This document shows positions 33,562-39,379 of a DNA stretch of 39,379 bases, piece by piece. The notes under the pieces were generated by a model. The model did no database searches. It saw only the letters and a program-made list of their open reading frames with translations, and had not been told where the DNA came from. The DNA is taken from contig CAYPLG010000003.1 in assembly GCA_964411535.1 (NCBI GenBank), positions 1-39,379 on the forward strand, in the 5' to 3' direction. How positions within the stretch are numbered: the first letter of the stretch is position 1; every line of letters begins with the position of its first letter. Both the position numbers and the translations under genes were made by a program. Source of the stretch: an uncultured Oscillospiraceae bacterium. GTDB taxonomy: Bacteria; Bacillota; Clostridia; Christensenellales; CAG-138.

Positions 33562-35148
33562 TTATCCGAATATCACCGGTTCATCCGGTGACAGCTTTAC
33601 GACAAGCATGCCGTCGTGCTCTGCGATATACCCTTTGTTCGGGTATGCGGGCATTTCGGAAAACCAGTCTTCGGACAGGATTCGCTCCTTGTCCTCCACC
33701 GTGACAAACGTCATCGGAATCTGCACAAAGCGCACGATCATTCTTTGCACAATCCAGCTGTTAAACAGATAATCCCGGTCAAAGCTTCCGGTAAAGTTAT
33801 CGAGGAACGCAAAATCTTCGCTGTCGTCAGCAATGTAGCCCACCATCGCGACAGGCGTCTCCTCCGTAAAGGCGTCCGCGCCCACTACGCCCGCCGCAAT
33901 AACCGCGCAGGTTCCGTACGCGCCCTCGTACGCAAGGCGCATTCTCGCATAGTTCTGCGTCGTAATCAGATACCAGCTGCAAATAAGCATAACGGAAAGA
34001 AGCGCAGGTACAAGCTTCGTAAGGAACTGTCCGCCCTCCCGTGTTTTGGAAGGCGCGCGCATCTCGCCGGAAACGGCGTCGCCGGACATGTCGGCAAGCT
34101 TCATCAGCGCGACGAACACAAGCACAAACGGATATATCATAATCCAATGCGTGTCGGCGTTTTTCCCAAGTATCACAATCGCGTGAATTGCGACGGGAAA
34201 TACCAGCGCAAGCGCAAGCGCCAGACAAAGATTGAGCGGCGTGCGCCAGAGCTTTCTTCGAACCGCCTGCGCCACGCCAAGCACCGCGCAAAGCGCCAGC
34301 GTTATGCGATACAGCACCCGGCCGGTACCGCTGCCAATCACGCCGTACGCATCCAGCAGGAAGAAGCGCAGCACCTTGCGATACGCCGCCTTGGTAAACG
34401 CAACAATTTCCGAAAGCGAGAAAGCGCCCATCTGATTCATGCTGCGATAGGATTGCAGGTTCTCCGGGCTGCCGATAAACAGCAGCAGGATTCCGTAATA
34501 TAGCGCAACTGAAACAAGCAAAACGCCGATATACAGCAATCCCTTTTTGATGATATCCCGCAGCGGCTTTTCCCCGGCAAGAAGATCAAAAAGCGCAACC
34601 AGCACGAATAGGCCCGCCGCAAAACCAATATACGTCTGATATATGCCAATCGAAACGGTCAAAAGCGGTATGCTCGCGATAAACCCATACCGAAAGCGCA
34701 CGGCGCAGTATGCAGAAAGCGCGGCAAGCAGCAGTGCAAAGAAAAATATGTCCGGCGCGTTATAGAGGAAAGTGCACAGTACGGACGGGAACGTAACAAG
34801 CATCATGCCGGTCAACGCGGAAAGCGCCCTGGAGCGGATACGGAGCGTGGAGACGACCAGTCCGGCCGCAATGGAAAGCCAGATTATGCCAAGCAGCCCC
34901 GTTACAATATTCATGTTGACAAGCCCGCGCAAATCGGCCAGATAGCCGTTCGCCCACTTGCCCTGCAAAATGAGCCATTTGCCGGATACCACCGGCACCG
35001 TGTTGTCGCCGTTGACGATAATCCCGGTCAGCGCCGCGAGATGCGCCAATACGCCGGCAAGCAAGGCAGCCAGAACAGCATACCATGTGCGCGCCGGGAT
35101 TGCGCGAAGGAAAGAAACAAGCCTCGCTTCGTAGCGGTTTTCTATCAT
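33562..35148 (-). CDS. polytopic membrane protein, probable GtrII-type (type-specific) glycosyltransferase
   Basis: About 12 predicted helices, an early NGDN...LQGKW loop resembling the Glucos_trans_II family, and a soluble C-terminal tail of about 110 aa. The family call is from memory only. Confidence 0.45.
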   Translation of the reverse strand: MIENRYEARLVSFLRAIPARTWYAVLAALLAGVLAHLAALTGIIVNGDNTVPVVSGKWLILQGKWANGYLADLRGLVNMNIVTGLLGIIWLSIAAGLVVSTLRIRSRALSALTGMMLVTFPSVLCTFLYNAPDIFFFALLLAALSAYCAVRFRYGFIASIPLLTVSIGIYQTYIGFAAGLFVLVALFDLLAGEKPLRDIIKKGLLYIGVLLVSVALYYGILLLFIGSPENLQSYRSMNQMGAFSLSEIVAFTKAAYRKVLRFFLLDAYGVIGSGTGRVLYRITLALCAVLGVAQAVRRKLWRTPLNLCLALALALVFPVAIHAIVILGKNADTHWIMIYPFVLVFVALMKLADMSGDAVSGEMRAPSKTREGGQFLTKLVPALLSVMLICSWYLITTQNYARMRLAYEGAYGTCAVIAAGVVGADAFTEETPVAMVGYIADDSEDFAFLDNFTGSFDRDYLFNSWIVQRMIVRFVQIPMTFVTVEDKERILSEDWFSEMPAYPNKGYIAEHDGMLVVKLSPDEPVIFG

Positions 35149-37424
35149 AGTTTTTCAAAATCCTCCACAGGCATGGGCTTGGCAAAAAAGAAGCCCTGTA
35201 TCAGGTCGCAGCCGGTTTCCGCAAGGAACTCCACCTGCTCTACGGTTTCGATACCCTCCGCAACGACCTGCATATGCAGGTTTTTTGCCATGCGGATCGT
35301 ATCGCGAATCAGTGTCGCGCCGCGGTCAACGTCGCTCGCCGTGTCAAAGAACGCTTTGTCCAGCTTGACCACGTCGAGCGGAAGATCCTTCAGCGAATTC
35401 AGCGAGGAGTACCCGCTGCCAAAGTCGTCCATCGATACGGAAAACCCGTACTTGCGCAACTGCTTGACGGTGCTTAGCAGCACCTTCTTATCGTCAAAAA
35501 AGGCGCTCTCCGTCATTTCCAGTTCGATCATTTCGTACGGAATCCCGTACTGATCCACAATGGACTTGATATGCGCAGCAACGCCGGGATCGGCAAAATG
35601 CGCGCGGGAAATATTGACGGATACCGGCACAAGCGCCCGCCCCTTGTCCATAAACGCACGTTGGATACGGCAAACCTCGTCCAGAATATAGTCGTCCAGC
35701 TTTAGGATAAACCCGTTTTTCTCAAACAGCGGAATGAAGCTGCCGGGCGACACAAAGCCGCGCTCCGGGCTGTTCCACCGCACGAGCGCCTCCGCGCCCG
35801 CAAGCCGGTGGCTCTGTACGCCGTACTTCGGCTGCAAGTACACGACGAACTCACGGTTTTGCAACGCCTTTTCCATCAGTGTTTCCACCTGCTGCTCGAT
35901 AAGCAGCTCCTCGCGCATTGCAGAGTCGAACAGTACCGGCATATTGGACGCAGACGCCTTGGCAACATCCTTGGCGACCGTGGCAAAATCATACATCCGC
36001 TCGATCGGCTGCCGCCTGTCCGATACGGCGTATACGCCCGTTGACCAACGGATGTTCTCCCCCGGATACAGTTTTGATAGGCCGCGCGTCAGCTTCTCCA
36101 CCCGTGCAACCGGATCTTCCTTGGGATCGAGAATCAGCATCATGGCAAACTGATCCACCGTATAACGAGCCAGCAGCTCGTCGCGCCGCAGATGCTTTTG
36201 CAGGTTATGAAAAATCGAAAACAGCAGCGCTTCGCCTTCCTCATGCCCGTGCACATCCGAAAACACGCGGAACTTGACCACGTCGAGCGCAGCAAGCGCA
36301 AACACCTTCCCATTGTATCGCGGGCGCTTGACAAGCTTTGCCGCCGCCTGTTTGAAATGCGCAAAATTGTTGCCCCCGGTAACGGGATCGTACAAAAGAG
36401 CCTTTGCAATACGGCGGTTATTGACGATCTGGGATACCGTCCTGCTAACGGAAACAATGATCGGAATGCAGATAATTAACGCGGCAAGCACAAGCAATGC
36501 AATAAGCTCTCGCATGGAAAACGCGTCGAAGCGCTGTCGTAAAAATGCAACCGTCTTCCATCCGTTGATGGTCAACTCGTTTTCATACCATACGCCCGCG
36601 CTAAGATAGGTTCGGCTGAGCGCCTCGATGAGGTTCTTCCCCGTCATCGTCTCGTCCTGCGGCAGATCGGAAAGATTCTCTTCGAGCCGCAGGCTGCCGT
36701 CCTTCAACAGTTTGCGCAAATCAATTTTATGTGAGGGAGTATATAGCAGTCCGTCGCGTGAAATCTTTGTATAGTCAAAGTTCTGCGGCCGGCTGCCTAC
36801 AAATGATATGCATTCGTTGTCGCCGTTGAGTATGCAAAATTCCCCTGCATCAGAAAGCGTCACGCGCGCAGATTTGGATATGGTCAATCCATCCGTGTCC
36901 ACAATATACAGCATTCCCATGCTGCCGGAAGGCGTGGTAAGCGGCGCCGTAAATACGATACCGCCGCCGGAAAGCGCGTATACGCCGCCTTCCTCCCGCA
37001 ACGTGTCCGTAAAAAAGGACTCGTTTCGCACATCCCCGATGATCCCACGCGTGCTCGTCACCGCGCCGTAGGGATCGACCACGCCGATATCGTTTTCCGG
37101 CTCCAGCGCGCCAAGCGCCCGCAGCATAACGCTTAGCGTGGCGGACGACGTACCGTTGTAGCAGCTTTCCGCAACAATATCCGCATAGCGCGCGGCCCGT
37201 GTTTTACCTTCCGCAAGGCATTCGCCTACAACGGCCGTATAGTCCGTCATCATTTCGGCTGTCTGCGCAAGCTTATTCTCCAGCAGATTGACGGCATAGT
37301 ATACCGCGCCGAGGCAAACGACGCAGCACAGCACGATCATCAACAGCAGGTTGCCAAGCAGGATCGGCCATATTTGCTGTCTGCGTATTCCAAGCGGCTT
37401 GGATTTTTCGGCATGTTTTCCCAT
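35145..37424 (-). CDS. sensor c-di-GMP phosphodiesterase (extracytoplasmic sensor, degenerate GGDEF, EAL)
   Basis: Two TM helices bracket a loop of about 260 aa. The GGDEF domain has DPVTGGNN and HGHEEGEALL, but its active site reads TVDQF. The EAL domain is intact (EALVRW, NISRAHF, ELEMTES, DDFGSGYSSL, KLDK, EGIE, QGFFF). Confidence 0.85.
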   Translation of the reverse strand: MGKHAEKSKPLGIRRQQIWPILLGNLLLMIVLCCVVCLGAVYYAVNLLENKLAQTAEMMTDYTAVVGECLAEGKTRAARYADIVAESCYNGTSSATLSVMLRALGALEPENDIGVVDPYGAVTSTRGIIGDVRNESFFTDTLREEGGVYALSGGGIVFTAPLTTPSGSMGMLYIVDTDGLTISKSARVTLSDAGEFCILNGDNECISFVGSRPQNFDYTKISRDGLLYTPSHKIDLRKLLKDGSLRLEENLSDLPQDETMTGKNLIEALSRTYLSAGVWYENELTINGWKTVAFLRQRFDAFSMRELIALLVLAALIICIPIIVSVSRTVSQIVNNRRIAKALLYDPVTGGNNFAHFKQAAAKLVKRPRYNGKVFALAALDVVKFRVFSDVHGHEEGEALLFSIFHNLQKHLRRDELLARYTVDQFAMMLILDPKEDPVARVEKLTRGLSKLYPGENIRWSTGVYAVSDRRQPIERMYDFATVAKDVAKASASNMPVLFDSAMREELLIEQQVETLMEKALQNREFVVYLQPKYGVQSHRLAGAEALVRWNSPERGFVSPGSFIPLFEKNGFILKLDDYILDEVCRIQRAFMDKGRALVPVSVNISRAHFADPGVAAHIKSIVDQYGIPYEMIELEMTESAFFDDKKVLLSTVKQLRKYGFSVSMDDFGSGYSSLNSLKDLPLDVVKLDKAFFDTASDVDRGATLIRDTIRMAKNLHMQVVAEGIETVEQVEFLAETGCDLIQGFFFAKPMPVEDFEKL

Positions 37425-37454
37425 GAACGCCTCTCTTACTGTAAAATCTTTTTT

Positions 37455-37482
37455 ATTTTACCATGTTTACAGCATGTTGCAA
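37455..37482 (-). promoter_or_regulatory. candidate extended -10 promoter for the EAL/GtrII operon
   Basis: Minus strand reads TTGCAA, 16-nt spacer, TGgTAAAAT. Confidence 0.4.
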
Positions 37483-37534
37483 ACAATCGATGAAAGGAAA
37501 GTTGATTGGTTTCACCGTTTTCAGCATGAACGAC

Positions 37535-37566
37535 AAAGCCGCGCCCGATCACACAGGCGCGGCTTT
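37535..37566 (-). terminator. terminator after the amino-acid permease gene
   Basis: AAAGCCGCGCC-loop-GGCGCGGCTTT. The minus strand continues GTCGTT. Confidence 0.6.
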
Positions 37567-37592
37567 TGCAAGCAAGCACTATTGACGTTTCG

Positions 37593-39035
37593 TTACTTGA
37601 CCGACGCCGCCTTCTTCTTGCGGCAGAAATCAAACAGCCAACCGATGAAGAGCACAATAGCAAAGAAGATCAGGTAACCAAGGATTTGCTTATAGCCCTT
37701 GCCGACGCAGCAGCAATAAACCATAAATACGCAGCACACCACGCCCAGCGCCGGCATAACAAAGCGCTTGAAGAACTTCAAATCCTTGCCCTTTATCATA
37801 AGCGCAATGAACATCGGGATATACATGGCATACAGGTTCACGATCGAAATCTCGTCGGGCTCCCAGCCAATCCAAAGGCTGTTATGCACGCCGCCAAAGA
37901 AATCCGGTCCCTTCATCCACATGATGACCGTCCAGCCATACCAGAATCCGGTAACCATAAGGCCGATAAGCGCGGACTTAATGGAGAACGAGTTCTGCGC
38001 ATCAATATCACCATAGAACTCCGGACGCGGGCCCATGCCACGGGCAGCAATGGAATACATACCGCGGCAGGAACCCATGATAAGGCCGTTCATCGTGCCA
38101 AGGCAGGAAACCGCAACAAAGACATTAACAAGGGTACCCGCCCAGCTGCCAAAGATATTGCTAAACGCAATACTGGGGAGACGCTCACCCAGCGGCCAGG
38201 TGCCGATGATCGCTTCCACACTGCCGACAGAGCTCATGGAGAAAATATACAGGCAATAGATGATCGTGCAGAACAATGCGCCAATAATCAACGCGAGCGG
38301 AAGATTCTTCTTTGCATCTTTCAATTCCGCATTGATGGACGTGGCGATAATCCAGCCTTCATAAGCAAACGCAAACGCAACCACGCCGGAGAACAGGCCG
38401 CCGCCGCTTGCAGCAGTCTCTGTCGCCGTGTTCAGCACCGCAACGGTGCTGCCGTTGGAAAGACCGACGATCGTGCCGACAACCGCCATGATGACGAGCG
38501 GAACCAGCTTGATAACGGTCATGGAAACCTGCATTTTGCCGGCAAGCTTCGGGCTGATGGCGTTCAAGCCGTAGCCGATCATCAGAAACGCCGCGCCAAG
38601 GCCAACGGCTTCGACTGCGATCGAGCCCGTCGCAAAGTCAAGCGCCTGTACGCCGAACAGCGGGCAGACAAACACAGCTGCAAAGAACGATAGAATCGCG
38701 GCCAGAGACGGATAGTAGATCGTGGTCATAAACCAGCCTACATAGTAAGCATACTTGGAACCAAGCGCAACCTCCGCATAGTCAACAACGCCGTTAACCT
38801 TCTCGTATCGGGAACCCAGCTCCGCAAAGACCAGCGAGCAGATAATGCAGATCAGGCCGACAATTCCGACGACCAATACCGCTGCGCCCATGTTTCCGCC
38901 GGTAAGGCTTAGTACCTTGCCGCCCTTGATGAAGATACCGGAGCCAATAACAATTCCGATGACCATCGCGATAGCAGTCGGCAGACCGTACCGCTTTTCC
39001 ATTTTCTTTTCGATAAAGCAACCCTTCCTTCCCAT
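37593..39035 (-). CDS. APC-superfamily amino acid permease
   Basis: 480 aa, about 12 TM helices, N-terminal VIGIVIGSGIF motif. ATG 39035 lies after GAGGA. Confidence 0.85.
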   Translation of the reverse strand: MGRKGCFIEKKMEKRYGLPTAIAMVIGIVIGSGIFIKGGKVLSLTGGNMGAAVLVVGIVGLICIICSLVFAELGSRYEKVNGVVDYAEVALGSKYAYYVGWFMTTIYYPSLAAILSFFAAVFVCPLFGVQALDFATGSIAVEAVGLGAAFLMIGYGLNAISPKLAGKMQVSMTVIKLVPLVIMAVVGTIVGLSNGSTVAVLNTATETAASGGGLFSGVVAFAFAYEGWIIATSINAELKDAKKNLPLALIIGALFCTIIYCLYIFSMSSVGSVEAIIGTWPLGERLPSIAFSNIFGSWAGTLVNVFVAVSCLGTMNGLIMGSCRGMYSIAARGMGPRPEFYGDIDAQNSFSIKSALIGLMVTGFWYGWTVIMWMKGPDFFGGVHNSLWIGWEPDEISIVNLYAMYIPMFIALMIKGKDLKFFKRFVMPALGVVCCVFMVYCCCVGKGYKQILGYLIFFAIVLFIGWLFDFCRKKKAASVK

Positions 39036-39064
39036 TTATCCTCATACCCAAAAGATATAAAGAT

Positions 39065-39092
39065 ATTATACTGGAGAAAAGATATTTGTCAA
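39065..39092 (-). promoter_or_regulatory. near-consensus sigma-A promoter for the permease gene
   Basis: Minus strand reads TTGACA, 16-nt spacer, TATAAT. About 30 nt upstream of ATG 39035. Confidence 0.65.
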
Positions 39093-39143
39093 TCAAAGAT
39101 ATATTATTTCATGTCACAAATTATTTCCCGCATATGCATACCG

Positions 39144-39166
39144 AAAAAACCCCGCGTTCTGCGGGG
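39144..39166 (-). terminator. rho-independent terminator after mgtE
   Basis: Minus strand reads CCCCGC-AGAAC-GCGGGG followed by TTTTTT. Confidence 0.8.
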
Positions 39167-39201
39167 ATCGACTGTTCAGCGGAACCTCCCGGTTACAGTA
39201 T

Positions 39202-39379
39202 TTACGCCGCAGGAAACTGCAATAGTTGCGTGGCAATTGAGAAAAACACAAGTATCGAACAGGCGTCCGTAATCGTTGTAATCATCGGGGAAGCCATAAT
39301 GGCCGGATCAAGCTTCAGCCGCTTTGCAAGCATCGGCAGCAGGCAGCCGAGGGATTTCGCCACAAGCACCGTAACGATC
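39202..39379 (-). CDS. mgtE: magnesium transporter MgtE, C-terminal 59 codons (5' end outside window)
   Basis: My own translation of the minus strand gives IVTVLVAKSLGCLLPMLAKRLKLDPAIMASPMITTITDACSILVFFSIATQLLQFPAA*. The DPA..ASP.ITT..D motif and final TM helix are typical of MgtE. Absent from the ORF track because no start codon lies in the window. Confidence 0.75.
   Translation of the reverse strand, partial: IVTVLVAKSLGCLLPMLAKRLKLDPAIMASPMITTITDACSILVFFSIATQLLQFPAA

Noticed and set aside
37566-38693. 375-aa plus-strand ORF opposite the amino-acid permease
   Set aside because: Antisense shadow, extremely Arg/Asp/His/Lys-rich. The minus-strand product has 12 clean TM helices.
1-39379. CRISPR arrays, tRNA or rRNA genes
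   Set aside because: I saw no regularly spaced repeats of 24-40 bp. The only short tandem repeats are coding low-complexity tracts and the 23-bp x2 element. I recognised no cloverleaf-like or rRNA-like stretches, but this was a by-eye scan and a tRNAscan/Infernal run would be definitive.

Overview
This is a high-GC (about 60% by eye) chromosomal segment with Clostridia-type gene content. The taxon is inferred only from gene families, AGGAGG-type ribosome-binding sites (RBS) and composition. Left to right: nifS (5'-truncated) and nifU; a MacAB-like adaptor/ATPase/FtsX-permease efflux operon (-); a double zinc-ribbon membrane protein translationally coupled to a 101-aa ORF; a DUF362/4Fe-4S protein; DUF421 (-); a stand-alone homocysteine S-methyltransferase; two tandem paralogous membrane-anchored PQQ-like beta-propeller proteins (-); a livJHMGF-type branched-chain amino-acid ABC operon (-); and a long minus-strand envelope-glycan operon (GtrA, an HMGL-aldolase::DUF115 fusion, HAD phosphatase, ALS-like ThDP enzyme, GtrB-like GT2) followed by DUF308, a PaaI thioesterase and a C_GCAxxG_C_C protein. 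Next come a 3.6-kb low-GC insertion, an M15 peptidase, MmcQ/YjbR, an EAL phosphodiesterase with a degenerate GGDEF domain coupled to a GtrII-like membrane protein, an APC permease, and the 3' end of mgtE, which is missing from the ORF track. I saw no rRNA, tRNA, CRISPR array, transposase or integrase. Three items deserve follow-up. (1) The low-GC insertion (28080-31736) is bracketed by a 26-bp perfect direct repeat that duplicates the 3' end of the M15 gene. It carries a kinase-like/methyltransferase fusion and a sulfatase-family gene broken by one in-frame TAA. (2) A direct repeat of about 210 bp flanks the HAD gene, and one copy is a decayed duplicate of the neighbouring gene's 3' end. (3) The enzyme set in the Gtr-type glycan locus is unusual and is the best candidate for an undescribed envelope-modification pathway. 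All functional calls rest on motif recognition, not database searches.
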